From Kiritimatiellia bacterium (GTDB lineage Bacteria; Verrucomicrobiota; Kiritimatiellia; CAIVKH01), in assembly GCA_027493775.1 (NCBI GenBank), contig JAOSKE010000003.1, forward strand, positions 76,350 through 140,349: a stretch of DNA of 64,000 bases. Reading direction: 5' to 3'. Below the pieces are notes generated by a model. It was not told the DNA's origin, did not search any database, and saw nothing but the letters and a program-made list of their open reading frames with translations. Numbering within the stretch: the stretch's first letter is position 1; every line of letters begins with the position of its first letter. Below are positions 23,981 to 35,565 of the stretch, one piece after another. The translations under genes were made by a program, and so were the position numbers.

Positions 23981-26111
23981 CTACCCGACCTTCACAAACG
24001 CCGACGCCGCCTGATACAACTCGCGCGCGGCAATGCGGATGGGAGCGTGTTCCGGTTTGCGCAGCCTCGGATCGGATTCGATCAACAGAAACGCTTCACG
24101 CCGCGCTTCCTCCAGCAAACGCGTATCGCGCAACGGATCAGCCACTTTGAAAACCACGCCGCCGCTCTGTTCGCGACCGAAAAGATTGCCCATGCCGCGG
24201 ATCAGAAAATCTTCTTCGGCAATTTTGAATCCGTCCGTAGTCTTCTCCAACACACGCAGCCGCCGCCAGGCGTCCTTCGTGTTGGGATGCCCCTGCAAAA
24301 TACAAAAAGATTTGTGGGAACCGCGTCCGATTCGACCGCGCAATTGATGCAACTGCGCGAGACCAAAATGCTCCGCGTTCTCGACCAACATGACCGTCGC
24401 ATTCGGAACATCCACCCCCACCTCAATCACACTCGTCGCGACAAGCACCTGAACCTCGCCGCTTCGAAACTTCTTCATCACGCGGTCCCGTTCCTCCGTC
24501 TTCATCTGACCGTGTACAAGGCCCAATTCGACCCCGGCCAACGCCCCTACCCGCAACTCCTCCAACGTCGCCGTCGCCGCCTTCAGATCAAGCTGCTCCG
24601 ACTCTGAAACCAGGGGATACACCAGATACGCCTGACGCCCTTTTTGCCGCCTGTTTCCGGATAAATGCATACGCTTCGGGCAATAATTTTTCGCTGATCA
24701 CCCGTGTCACAATCGGCTGACGACCCTTCGGCATTTGTCGAATCGTCGTCACATCCAAGTCGCCGTACCACGTCATTGCAAGTGTGCGCGGAATTGGCGT
24801 GGCAGTCATTACAAGGACATCGGGATGTCTACTCTTCGTGTAGAGACTCCCGCGCTGCTCCACACCAAAACGATGCTGTTCATCAATGATTACGAGACCG
24901 AGATCACGAAACACAACGCGATCTTGAATCAACGAATGTGTCCCAACGACCACCTGCGTTCGACCGTCCGACAGCGCGGCACGAGCCGCGATTTTTTGTT
25001 CCTCCGTCAAACTACCCGTCAGCAATCCAACCTTGATTCCGAGCGGGCGCAACCGCTCTCGGAAGGTATGCGCGTGTTGATGCGCGAGAATTTCTGTCGG
25101 CACCATCAACGCCACCTGTGCGCCGCACTCAATCGCATCCACCGCCGCACACGCCGCAACCACCGTCTTGCCGGAACCCACGTCGCCTTGGAGCAAACGA
25201 TGCATCGGGTGCGGTCGCGCCATATCCTCGCGAATCTCTGCAAGCGCCTGCTGTTGTGCGCCTGTCAGTTCAAACGGCAGCGATTTCAAAAACTGTTCGC
25301 GTAAGTTGCCATCGGGCTGAAATGACCGCCCTTCGAGATCGTGTTCCGAGTGATATTTTCGCGCGACAAGCACGAGTTGCATGCACAAAAATTCTTCAAA
25401 TGCAAGGCGCTCCCGTGCGTGCGCGGCCTCGGACTCGGAAGTCGGAAAATGCACCTGCTTCAGCGCCTCCTGAATCTCCGGAAAATTGCGCCGCGCACGC
25501 GTGACCTCGGGCAATGCGTCTTCAATTTGGCCTCCATACTCTTCAAGGGCTGCGGCAACAATCCGGCGCATCGTGCGCTGGCCGAGATTTTCCGTCAGTG
25601 GATACACCGGTACAATCCGGCCGACGTGAAGCGACTCATCCTCCCCGTCGCGCGTGCGCTCGACTTCCGGATGATCGAAAACGACAAGGCCCTTTCGGAT
25701 GGAAACCTTCCCAAAGAGAAACAGCCGCACGCCCGGCGACAGCATACCCTCCAGATACTTCGCATTAAACCAACGACACATCGCAAGGCCGCTCGCATCT
25801 CGTACGGTCGCCTCCAAGTAGCCTTTGCCAAATCGTGGCAGCGCCCAACGCGTGCGGACGACCTCCACCTGAATCGCCACCCACTCGCCCGATTTCAATT
25901 CATTGAGTGAACGCAGCAATCGTCGGTCTTCGTAGCGGCGCGGCATGGTCAGCAGCAAATCGCGCACGGTAAAAATTTCCAACCGTGCCAGTTGGACGGC
26001 ACGCTGTTCGCCTACGCCTTTGACGTAGCGGACAGGTTTGCGCCAGTCGTGTATAAATTCTTCTTCCATCAAAAAAAGACCTGCTGCGAATGCTGAGGTA
26101 TTCTGTATCAT
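23981..26111 (-). CDS. recG: ATP-dependent DNA helicase RecG, read through an apparent +1 indel at an A5/T5 run (24641-24645)
   Basis: The wedge domain, helicase motifs (GDVGSGKT, DEQHRFGV) and the RecG C-terminus are all recognisable. The 507-aa and 229-aa ORFs overlap at 24588-24670, and dropping one base gives ...AFIRKQAAKGRQAYLVYPLV.... Confidence 0.85.
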
Positions 26112-26145
26112 TACAGGCAGCGCCCGCCAAACGCGAAGTCCGTGA

Positions 26146-26855
26146 ATGAATCCACATATTTATGAAGAATATCACCTCGGTCGCCGACGCTTCCGCGAAT
26201 ACTACGCGAAAACGCTCGGGATGGGTGTAGTCTCGCTCTTCCTCGCAATCTGGTTCGGTTACGCCCACCGGCCGCTCACGGGGCCGGGATCTACGCCAGT
26301 GCCGGGTTTAGCGCTGCGGGTCTGCTCATCGTATGGGGCTTGCGCAACTTACATCGCGCCAAGCTTCGCTCGCGGTGGGCCACGTGGCTGAAGGAACGCA
26401 GCAAGCAAAAGTTTCCGGTGATCCTGATTTTTTCGCAGGGCTGGTTCCTTCTCCTTACCGCGATGCTCATCTGGTTCACGATTGTCGAGCTGGGCTTCAT
26501 CGCAAACACCCTGCAACACGCCCTGCTCTTCCTGGTCCTATTGCTCATCCCCGTTCGGCGTATCCTCGCAGGAACAGACTCGCACTCCATTTCGCCGCGC
26601 CGCGAACTGACCGCACGAGGGCTGACCTATCTCAACGTCATGGTCATCACGCTGTTCATCGCCAGCGCGGTCAGCAACACCATCCTGCCAGAGCAGCAGG
26701 CGGGCGTATTTGCAAATGAGGCGCCGTTGGGCGCAATTCTCGTCTGGCTCAGCGCGGTTCTCATATTGCTCACCTGCTTCGTGCTCTTCTTGGATCACAT
26801 CGTCCGCAAAATGCCCACGAGTCCGAAATCCGAAGAACAGGACACGCTGGATTAA
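26146..26855 (+). CDS. Hypothetical polytopic membrane protein (~236 aa), read through an apparent -1 indel at a G4 run (26280-26283)
   Basis: The 81-aa and 171-aa ORFs are contiguous hydrophobic segments in adjacent frames. Adding one G joins them into a single membrane protein with 6 or more TM helices. Confidence 0.35.
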
Positions 26856-26857
26856 TC

Positions 26858-28688
26858 TTAGCTGCGCCCGAACTTCCGGCGAAGCTCGTTGAAGCCCATG
26901 TAAATCAGCGTCGGCCGTCCGTGCGGACAGGTGTAGGGCATTTCACACGAAGCGAGGTCGCGCACCAACTGCTCAATCTCTTGGACGGTCAGCTTATCCT
27001 GCGCCTTCACCGCGGCCTTGCAGGCGGCCATGGCAATCTGATCCTCCGCCCAGCGCTCGGTTCCCGCGCGACGCCCGCCGCGCTCAATCGTATTCGCAAT
27101 TTCACCCAACACCGCGCGCGCAGAAACATTTCCCAGGAACGCGGGGATCGCGTCCGCGACAAAACTATCGCCACCAAACTCCGCGAGACCGAAGCCCATC
27201 TCCTTCAACAACTCCACATTCGCGCGCACCCGCTCGCCGTTTTCGGGTGATAGTTCAATGACCTCCGGCACGAGCAACCCCTGCGATTTTATTTCACGGC
27301 GATTCAACGCGCGCATAAATTTTTCGTACAGCACACGCTCATGCGCCGCGTGCGGATCCATCAAGATGATGCCGTCTTCCGTCTCCAATACCACGTACAA
27401 GCCACCCGCCTGCCCCAACACGCGACACCACGACCACGGTGGCGCGTTCTCCGGGTTCTGCGCATCCGACTGTGAAGTCGGCGTCGGCGCAACGGCCCCG
27501 GAGCTCGCTTGCACGGAAGGCTGAATCGCCGGGCGCTCCTCCAGCGTCGGATCCAAACGCGGATACGAAAAAGCCGGAAGTTCCGGTAAATCCACGACTT
27601 TTAGCGCTGGGGCCGCTCGGGCAGAAGCAAGGAGTTCAGGAACCTGTTGACCCGTTGTCTTGTGTTCTTGAGCAGACAGGTTGATTGCGGCACGAATCGC
27701 CTCAATCAGCGCATCGCGCACGGTTGAGCCGTGCCGAAATCGCACCTCTTTTTTTCGCCGGGTGTACATTGACATCCACCTCATCTGCGGGCAGTTCAAT
27801 GAAGAGGAAAAGCACCGGCTGACGACCACGCGGAATCAGCGCTTGATACGCCTCGCTAATCGCGAACGCGACCACCGGCGCGGACGCTGCGCGACCGTTC
27901 ACGAAAATATACTGCTCGGTCCGATCACCGCGCGTCATTTGCGGAAGACTCGCCATGCCATGCACCCGCACCCCCTCCCGCGTGCCATCCACTTGCCGCA
28001 GCCCCGCGAGAATTTCACCGCCGAACAACTGACGAATTCTCTCTTCAAGCGACGCCCCACCCGCGAGTTGATACAGCTCCCGCTCATCCACACGCAACGT
28101 CCACGCCACTTGTGGATGCGCCAACGCGTGGATGAGGAAAACCTGTCGCGCGTGGGACAATTCTGTTTGTTCCGTCCGCAAAAATTTTCGACGCGCCGGG
28201 ACATTGAAAAACAAATTTCGCACCGCGACCGTTGTCCCTGGCGAACACCCCACATCCGTCACATCCAGCACACGCCCTCCGGAAATCGTAATCTCCGTGC
28301 CCCCCTCTTGCTCACGCGGACGCGTCGTCAGGGTAAATCGCGACACCGATGCCAGCGCTGCCAGCGCCTCGCCGCGAAAACCCAGCGTTGCGACGTTCTC
28401 AATATCGTGGACATCCCTGATCTTGCTCGTCGCGTGGCGTTCCACGCTCAGAATCGCATCATCCCGCGACATCCCCGCCCCATCATCCGACACCACCACC
28501 GCCTGCCGTCCACCGCCGAGCAAATCCACCCGAATGGAAGACGCTCCCGAATCCAACGCATTCTCCACCAACTCCTTCACCACCGAAGCCGGCCGATCCA
28601 CCACCTCCCCCGCGGCGATTTTATTAATCACCGCATCCGACAAGACCTGAACATGACGAGCCATCTGCATTGAACGAGCATACCACAC
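26858..28688 (-). CDS. mutL: DNA mismatch repair protein MutL, read through an apparent +1 indel at a T7/A7 run (27759-27765)
   Basis: The N-terminal GHKL ATPase region (…AAGEVVDRPASVVKELVENALDSGA…) and the C-terminal dimerisation region are both present. The two ORFs overlap at 27702-27829, and the expected junction …DVNVHPAKKEVRFRHG… is restored by dropping one A. Confidence 0.85.
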
Positions 28689-28936
28689 GCAAAAGAGCAG
28701 CGGGAGAGAATTGAAAGAGGAGAGAAGCGGAGGGTCAACATCTCCGCAGAATTGCCTTCAAGAAAGCGCCGGGACGGGGCCTCTCGGGTACAATGACTCC
28801 GGTGCGCCAATCGCTTTGTGCGCTTCAGATTTTCGCCCTCAGCCCTCGTTCGCGCGCGTCCTGCGCGAGAACTAGTTGGTGCTCACGACGGACAAGTTGA
28901 CCAAGCCCGTTTTGGCGCACAAATCCAAGACGTGGA

Positions 28937-29284
28937 TTAGGTCGGCGTGAAGGGATTGGGGGCGCACATGATCATGATGGTCTGGTTCTTGTCTATTCCG
29001 GCGAGCTTTGCGAGCAGGCTGTTCAACTCGGGGAGGCTGACGGGGCGATCATTAATCGCAATGCCATCGGGGAATATCTGGACCTTGATCATCTTCGGCG
29101 GCGTAACCACTTCCTCCTTGGGCGGGTTCGGCGAGGGCCGGAAGACGTCCAAGTTCGCCATCGTATCTATGGGCTTTTGGGTGACGAGAAAGAAAATCAA
29201 AAGCTGGAAGACGACGTCAATCATCGCCGTCATATTCAACTCGCCGGACTCGCCGCCTAAATCGCGTTTGCGTCTGCGCGCCAT
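28937..29284 (-). CDS. exbD: ExbD/TolR-family biopolymer transport protein (copy 2)
   Basis: 115-aa ORF with an N-terminal TM helix containing MIDVVFQLLIFFL, typical of ExbD/TolR. Confidence 0.8.
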   Translation of the reverse strand: MARRRKRDLGGESGELNMTAMIDVVFQLLIFFLVTQKPIDTMANLDVFRPSPNPPKEEVVTPPKMIKVQIFPDGIAINDRPVSLPELNSLLAKLAGIDKNQTIMIMCAPNPFTPT

Positions 29285-29286
29285 GG

Positions 29287-29700
29287 CTAACCCGCCTTCT
29301 CTTTCACAGCGGCAAATTTAACCTTCCACAGCCCCGCCTTGGTGCAGGTGTCCATCACAGCGCGCACCGCCTCGTGGTGAGTATCGCCGTCGGCGCGAAT
29401 GACAACTGGAATGGTCTGCCCCTGATCGGCCACTGTCTTTTTCATCAGAGTGAGCAGGTAATCAGGCGACATATACGTGCGCGCGATGGAAATTTTGCCG
29501 TCTTTATCCACCTCGATCACGATTTCGCGCGGATCGCGCACTTCCACCGGCTTGGCGTGGGGCGCGAGCGCGAGCTTGATGCTCTCGTCAATCGCCTTCT
29601 GCTGCATATCGGCGGTCGTGACGAAGAAAATAATGAGCTGGAACACGACGTCAATCATCGGCGTCATGTTGATTCCCGGCTCTTCTGGTCGCTTCTTCAT
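29287..29700 (-). CDS. exbD: ExbD/TolR-family biopolymer transport protein (copy 1)
   Basis: 137-aa ORF with an N-terminal TM helix containing MIDVVFQLIIFFV, typical of ExbD/TolR. Confidence 0.8.
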   Translation of the reverse strand: MKKRPEEPGINMTPMIDVVFQLIIFFVTTADMQQKAIDESIKLALAPHAKPVEVRDPREIVIEVDKDGKISIARTYMSPDYLLTLMKKTVADQGQTIPVVIRADGDTHHEAVRAVMDTCTKAGLWKVKFAAVKEKAG

Positions 29701-29720
29701 GGTTCGCTAAAGCGGGTCAA

Positions 29721-30506
29721 TTATTCGGAAACAACCTCGACATTGCGAAGCGACTTAACCAAGTCCGTGGTCAGTGCCTCCATTCCAAGGATGATCCGCG
29801 TGGCTCGATTGCGGAAATAATAGAAGAAGCCCACTGCTGGCACCGCAGCGATCAGTCCCGCCGCCGTCGTGTACAGCGCTTGCGCGATGTTGATGGCAAG
29901 CATCTGTTGCTGCGCTGCGCCGGCCTGCATGGTTGCAAGGTTGGCGAAGGCCGCGATCATACCTTGAACCGTACCAAGCAATCCCAACATCGGGGCGAGG
30001 TTGGCGACGACGTTCAAATACGTTACACGCTGCAAAAGTTTTTCGCTTTCGAGGTCGGCGGCTGCGCCGATTGCTTCCTGAACAGCGTCGAAACCTTCGG
30101 TGACATTGCTGAATCCGGCAACCAGCACGTTCGCCAACGGCCCCGGCTCGTCTTCGCATTCTTTGAGCGCCTTCACGACGTCGCCCTGCTCAATCGCCTC
30201 GCGGACGCGCTTGACGAGGGTTTGTGGAACAATCTTCTTTGCGCGAACGGTGATGAAGGAGTCCACCACCAATGAAAGACCCGCAGCGGAACACGCGCCC
30301 AGCGCAAGCCAAAGGGCAACGCCCAAAAAGCCGCTGCTCATGACTACGTTCATAAAACTCATCGGGGAGTCTTTCTGCGCCGCCTCCGCTTCGGCCGCCT
30401 GTGCGCTTTCAGACAACTGCATATCCTGCGCAAACGCGAAGCCTGCCCCTGAAATCAGCATTCCCGCGAATACGACACCCAACATCCAACGTTTAGCTTT
30501 CAGCAT
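29721..30506 (-). CDS. exbB: MotA/TolQ/ExbB-family proton channel
   Basis: 261-aa ORF with a signal-like N-terminus, three TM helices and the conserved C-terminal …LATMQAGAAQQQMLAINIAQALYTTAAGLIAAVP… region. Confidence 0.8.
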   Translation of the reverse strand: MLKAKRWMLGVVFAGMLISGAGFAFAQDMQLSESAQAAEAEAAQKDSPMSFMNVVMSSGFLGVALWLALGACSAAGLSLVVDSFITVRAKKIVPQTLVKRVREAIEQGDVVKALKECEDEPGPLANVLVAGFSNVTEGFDAVQEAIGAAADLESEKLLQRVTYLNVVANLAPMLGLLGTVQGMIAAFANLATMQAGAAQQQMLAINIAQALYTTAAGLIAAVPAVGFFYYFRNRATRIILGMEALTTDLVKSLRNVEVVSE

Positions 30507-30538
30507 TGTTTCGCTCCTCTTGTGCTCTGCGATTCTTC

Positions 30539-31363
30539 CTAAAATTTACCCTGCGCTCGCTGCGCGTACGGGGTTCCTGCGAACTCCTGCGCGACCCGGC
30601 GATAGAGATCACGGCTCCGCGGATCACGCAACTTTTCCAAACCTTCCGCCGCTTTGAACAGGGCTTCCGGCAAGACTGTTTTTTCGGAATCAAATAACAG
30701 CGCCGAGCGCAAATAATCCATCACGGCAGGTTCAACCTGGCCCTGCGCCATCTTTGCATCGCCCCGCATCACCTGAGCGCGCGCGGCGTCGGTCCGGGTT
30801 CCCTTCTCGATCAGTTCACCCAACTGCGTATCAAGTTTATCAAACTGTTTTGCGCCAAGGAGCGCATTCATATATCCCCACATCGCGGCGCTGTCGCGAC
30901 GGCTATCGGGAGCGGATTGAAAAAGTTGCTCGTAGCTTTTGACCGATTCGGCGGCATCGCCCTTGCTCAGCTCGACCTGTGCCGCAAGCGCACGGGCCTG
31001 ATTGTCCCAGTTGAGGAAGCGATATTCCTGAATCACTTTCTTCAACAGCGTCAAGGCCTCGTCATACTGGCGCGCCTGTGCGAAGCGCAACGCACGATCA
31101 AAATCCGCCGGACGCGCGGCTTCCGCGCGTTGGTATTGCCCGCGCTGGTAGGTGACCTGTCCCTGCGGCGTCATCAGCGTGATGGTTCCATCCGAGCGCG
31201 CGCGAATTTCTGTTCCATCCACACGCGTTCCATTGGGAAGAATGACGTAGGGATTTTGTGCCCACGCGGAGAGCTGAACCGCGAGCGCAAGCAGCGCAGC
31301 GGCCCAAATCGGGCGCGATCGAATATTCTTATGACGCATCATTGCTTCTCCCTCACGGCGCAC
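30539..31363 (-). CDS. Exported TPR-like protein (CpoB/YbgF-like?)
   Basis: A signal peptide (…RPIWAAALLALAVQLSAWAQ) is followed by helical, TPR-like repeats. The true start is probably the internal Met at about 31339. It overlaps the stop of the giant TPR gene upstream. Confidence 0.5.
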   Translation of the reverse strand: MRREGEAMMRHKNIRSRPIWAAALLALAVQLSAWAQNPYVILPNGTRVDGTEIRARSDGTITLMTPQGQVTYQRGQYQRAEAARPADFDRALRFAQARQYDEALTLLKKVIQEYRFLNWDNQARALAAQVELSKGDAAESVKSYEQLFQSAPDSRRDSAAMWGYMNALLGAKQFDKLDTQLGELIEKGTRTDAARAQVMRGDAKMAQGQVEPAVMDYLRSALLFDSEKTVLPEALFKAAEGLEKLRDPRSRDLYRRVAQEFAGTPYAQRAQGKF

Positions 31364-34167
31364 CGCCAGTCACACCCGCCTGCAAGCTCGCTTCCGAGCG
31401 CCAGCGCCTGACTTCGGATACCTTGTCACTGGTCGGGTACAGCTTCAAGAATTGTTCGCACGAATCCACGGCGTCCTGATAGTGCTTCAGCTCGATCGCC
31501 AAGGGGACGCTCGCGAGCAGGGCCTGCTGGATATACGACCGCTGTTCCGATTTGTTCGGATCCGAAAGCAGGGCCACGCGCTGATAGGACGCAAGTGCGC
31601 CGGATTTGTCGTTCGCCTTAAGCTGAATCTCCGCGAGCTTCATGCTCGCCTGATTGATCTGCACGGGACTTCCGTAGTTGAAAATTTCGCTCAACGACTC
31701 GCTAGCGGCACGAATATTGTCGAGTTCCGCATACGCCTCGCCGAGCATAAACCGCGATTCAAAGAAATAGGCCGTGCGCGGGTATTCCCGCAACAGCGTT
31801 TCCAACGCCTTGATCGCATCCTCGTAACTCTTCCGCTCGAAGTTGGCGCGACCGACGCCGAACAGCGCGCGCTCCAGAAGCGAGCGCGATTCGGGCGAGT
31901 CCTTTGAGTCCAGGATGCCTTGGTCGTTGCTCACGATGCTGAATGCCTGCAGCGCTTGATCATACAACTTCGCGTCAATCATCAACTGGCCGATTCGAGC
32001 AAACTCATCCGCTTTGTATTTGCTCTTGTTTTCGAGCATTTTTTCGAACGCCTTCGCGGCTTGGCCGTACTGCCCGATTTCCATCGCGCTCCGCGCGAGC
32101 GAGAAGAGCGCGTTCTTGCCCTCTTCCGAGTTCGGATATTTTTCCGCGAGTTCATCGAACGTCTTTGTAGCCGCGTCAAACTGGTTGAGGCTCAACTGAA
32201 TCTGCCCCTCGCCCATCATCGCGCGCGGTGCGAGATCGGACTCCGGGAATAGCTTGAGGAACTGCTGATAGCCACGCATTCCCCGATCACGGTATGATGG
32301 AATCTCCGCTTCAGGCTCCGTGATGCGCGAGTACGCAAGTGCGCGTTGGAAAATCGCACGCTCCAAGGTGCCGAGGTTTTTCGTACGTTCCTCCGCCGTC
32401 GTCGCGTAGGGGTTTCCCTTCGGCGCGAGCCAACCGATCAGCGTCTCAAACTCCGCAGCGGCCTTGGCCCAATTTGTCTGACGCACGTAGCAATCGGCGA
32501 GGCTAAACTGCGCCGTTGCGCGTTCCGTGCTCGGCGGGATGTCGTGAACGAGTTTGGTATAGGCGGCGATGGCCTGGTCAAAGTTGCCGAGGCTCGATGC
32601 GCTGGCCGCAAGAACGCGGAGCGCCTGCGGGTAGTATTGATCTTTCGGATAGTTATCCACGATGCGCTGGAAGTAGTAGTTCGCGCCTTCGGTATCGCCA
32701 GCTTTGCTGCGCTGGCCGCCCAGATAAAAAAGAATCGTGCCTGCGCGTTCGTGCTCCGGGAAGTATTTCAGATACAGCTCATACAAATCCGTTGCGAGCG
32801 CTTCATCTTTTTTATGATTGGCGGTTGCGGCGGCAGAGAGGACGGCCGTCGCGGCCTCCGCCTTCCCTGCAAAGCGCTCGGCCGTGTAGCCCGCGACCGC
32901 GCGCGCGAAAATCGGGCTTCCAGTTTCGAGATAAGCCTGCATGAGAAATCCCAGCGAGCGGACAGAGGCGGCGGTCTCCGGGTACGCATTGAGTGCGCGA
33001 AGGTATTCTGTGATGGCACTCGGGTATTCTCGCTGGCGGTAAAGGTTGTCCGCCAGGCGAAACTGTGTTGCTGCGGCCTGCTCCGCCTGCCCTTCGCCCA
33101 AATCAATTTTTACCGTCTTCCCTAGCGATTCCAACCGCGCCTTCACCGCATTCGCGCGCACCCCCGCCTCGGGGCCGCGGTCGCTGTCGCCGTATTTCAC
33201 GAAGACGTTGTAAAATTCTTTGAGCGACTTGCCGTAGAGCGCAATCGCTTCATCGCGGCGCGCGGGGTCTTGCAGCGCCTGATCGGCATCGTGTTGATAC
33301 ATCTCCCCGAGTAAAAAGCGCGAGCCAGCCAGCGGATTGAGCGCGTTGGAAACTTTCTGTTCTTTAATCAGAGCGCCGATTTCCTGCAAAATGTCGGCGT
33401 ATTGCACTGTGAGCATCTTCTCCGCCATCTCGCGGTTGCCGCGCAGCAATTCGATGTTTGCCATCGTGACAATGGACTGTCCGAACCAGAGGTCCGCACC
33501 GCCCCACTGAATGTCCTTGCAGATGCTTTCCGCCAAATTCAACAGCTTGTCTTTGTCATCGCCGGGGGTTTTCGCCGCAGCGTCCACCAGCATTTGCGCC
33601 TGTTCCGCTTTCATTGAGCGCGCAACTTCCGTATCGGGATTCGACGCTAGGACGCGCCCGATTGCATTCGCCGCGCCGCGCAGATCGCCGGACAAGCGAA
33701 GCATCTGGCTGAAGCGGTAGGCGGCGTCGCGGTAGAACTTCAACAAATCGGGATCCGCTGGCGCCTGCTTGAAGCGGCTGAAAAAATCCTGATACATCTG
33801 CCGAGAGCGATCAATCTCGCCAATCCGATAATAGCCATTGGCAATCGCAAGTTGAATCGCATCCGCCTTCGGGTCGCCCGCCGGCATTTGTTTGACCAGC
33901 GCTTCGGCATCGGAAAATTTGCGCGCGGCGATGAAGGCCTCGGCGTTGATGATCTTTGCGCGACCTGCTTGATCGGGATAGCGCCGGACAATATTTTTCC
34001 ATCAGCTTGTTCGCAAAGTCGGGAAATCCGTTTTCCACCAACTTACTCGCGAATTCAAAATCACGATCCAGCGATTGTGCGTATGCGGCAACACCGAAGC
34101 TCCCCGACAGCGCAAAAGACAACGCCAGAGAAAGACCCAAGAAACGATGATTCAGGTGTCGGAACAT
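31353..34167 (-). CDS. Giant exported TPR-repeat protein (~937 aa), read through an apparent -1 indel at a T5/A5 run (33994-33998)
   Basis: The 844-aa ORF has TPR-like repeats throughout. Its in-frame upstream extension reaches a stop at 34002. The signal-peptide-bearing 118-aa ORF (MFRHLNHRFLGLSLALSFALSGSFGVAAYAQ) joins it if one A is added to the homopolymer. Confidence 0.6.
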
Positions 34168-34277
34168 TCCCGTCTCACATAAAGGGCGCTAATCGGTTTC
34201 CACATGACATTGGATAGTTAAGGATTAGCCCCGCAATCGTCAAGCATCACCACCACAACGGCGCGTTTAATAGCACG

Positions 34278-35387
34278 TCACTCGATCACAAACACAGGCG
34301 TCCCGATTGAAATCATGCGCAACAGCTTCGTCGCATTCCAGTTTGCCAGTCGGAAACACCCATGCGACTCCGTCCTGCCGATGTCCTCCGGCACAGGGGT
34401 TCCGTGAATTCCATAGCCGGGACGGTCAAGACTCAGCCACGCGACGCCGACGGGATTGTTCGGGCCGGGCGGGATGACGAGCTTTCGGCCGATGGCCTTC
34501 GCCGTCGGGTCCTCGGAAAAGAGTTCTGGATCAAACGTATAGTTCGGGTTTTCCGCTGCATTCGTTATGTGAAGTTCGCCCACGGGCCGTTTTTCGACTT
34601 TTCGCGCGATGGAGCACGGGAAATATGCAATCAGCTTTCCAGCCGCATCAAACGCCTGGAGATATTTACTGAGGAGATGAATTTCGATCCGGGCCGCACG
34701 CACCCGTTCTGCGGGCAAAAGCTGTGGCACACGCAAAACCGTTCCCGCAGGCGGGTCCGGCCACGGTGCGGCTGGGTTCCACTCCCGCATCGCGCGCTGT
34801 GTGCTGTGGAAGCGCTCTGCAACGGACTCCAACATCGTGCTATAGCCGAGCGTGTCCGCCTCTGATTTTTCGATCCAACCGGCATACACCGGGCGCAATT
34901 CCTGATGGTCTTCAGCAGTGACCGTATAGGTCGTCCAGGCATCACTCTCTGAGGGCAGCTTCAAACGCATTTCATCGTCCAACTCGCCTCTGGAAAGCAG
35001 GCCCTCGCGTTTCTGCCACGCGGCCAGCGCGTTTTCTGTCTGCGGCCCCCACCGTCCATCGAGCGTACCCGGCGAAAAATTCGCGCGATCAAGGAAGACT
35101 TGAAGGCGCAACACCTCATCCGCCGTCCGCTCCACCTCTGCCGCCAGCAAGGGGGCGCCGGGGGCAATACGGGAATTCGGGACCGACTCAACCTGCGGCG
35201 ATGGCGCGGGCGATGTCACGGGCACGGGCGGCAACTCGCGTCTCGGACGGGGAAAAGAAGGCGCAGGCGGCGGCAACGCAGGCGGGCCGACAGGCACGGG
35301 CGGCAAGTCCGGCGGCAACGTCGCACAGCCTGTTAGAAAAGCGGCCGAGCCGATGATCGCCACGACAAAAGAAATCCACGCCCGCAT
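34278..35387 (-). CDS. L,D-transpeptidase (YkuD family) lipoprotein with a peptidoglycan-binding domain and a proline-rich linker
   Basis: Lipobox LTGC; a PG-binding-like region (…LDGRWGPQTENALAAWQ…); and the catalytic region HGTP…SHGCFRL. Confidence 0.75.
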   Translation of the reverse strand: MRAWISFVVAIIGSAAFLTGCATLPPDLPPVPVGPPALPPPAPSFPRPRRELPPVPVTSPAPSPQVESVPNSRIAPGAPLLAAEVERTADEVLRLQVFLDRANFSPGTLDGRWGPQTENALAAWQKREGLLSRGELDDEMRLKLPSESDAWTTYTVTAEDHQELRPVYAGWIEKSEADTLGYSTMLESVAERFHSTQRAMREWNPAAPWPDPPAGTVLRVPQLLPAERVRAARIEIHLLSKYLQAFDAAGKLIAYFPCSIARKVEKRPVGELHITNAAENPNYTFDPELFSEDPTAKAIGRKLVIPPGPNNPVGVAWLSLDRPGYGIHGTPVPEDIGRTESHGCFRLANWNATKLLRMISIGTPVFVIE

Positions 35388-35508
35388 GCTGAAACTCTAC
35401 TACAGAGACAAAAAAGGAACAGTCGTAAATGGATTACGGGACGCGATCAAAAACGCTGTGCGTCGGCGTTGCATAAATCACGAGGTCCAAAACAATTCGC
35501 AGCCCCAT

Positions 35509-35543
35509 TAAAAAACACGACGACCTGTGAGAGGTCGCCGTGC
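35509..35543 (-). terminator. Rho-independent terminator downstream of the large secreted repeat protein gene
   Basis: On the minus strand: CACGGCGACCT-ctcac-AGGTCGTCGTG followed by TTTTTT. The stem has one G-U pair. Confidence 0.6.
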
Positions 35544-35565
35544 TCCTTACTCTGATGAGTTAAGA

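Noticed and set aside
23981-28688. recG and mutL as genuine pseudogenes (a possible mutator genotype)
   Set aside because: The breaks are single-base changes in homopolymers. The identical pattern affects rpsA, ctpA, cysE and others, so a systematic sequencing artefact is far more parsimonious than multiple inactivated essential or repair genes.
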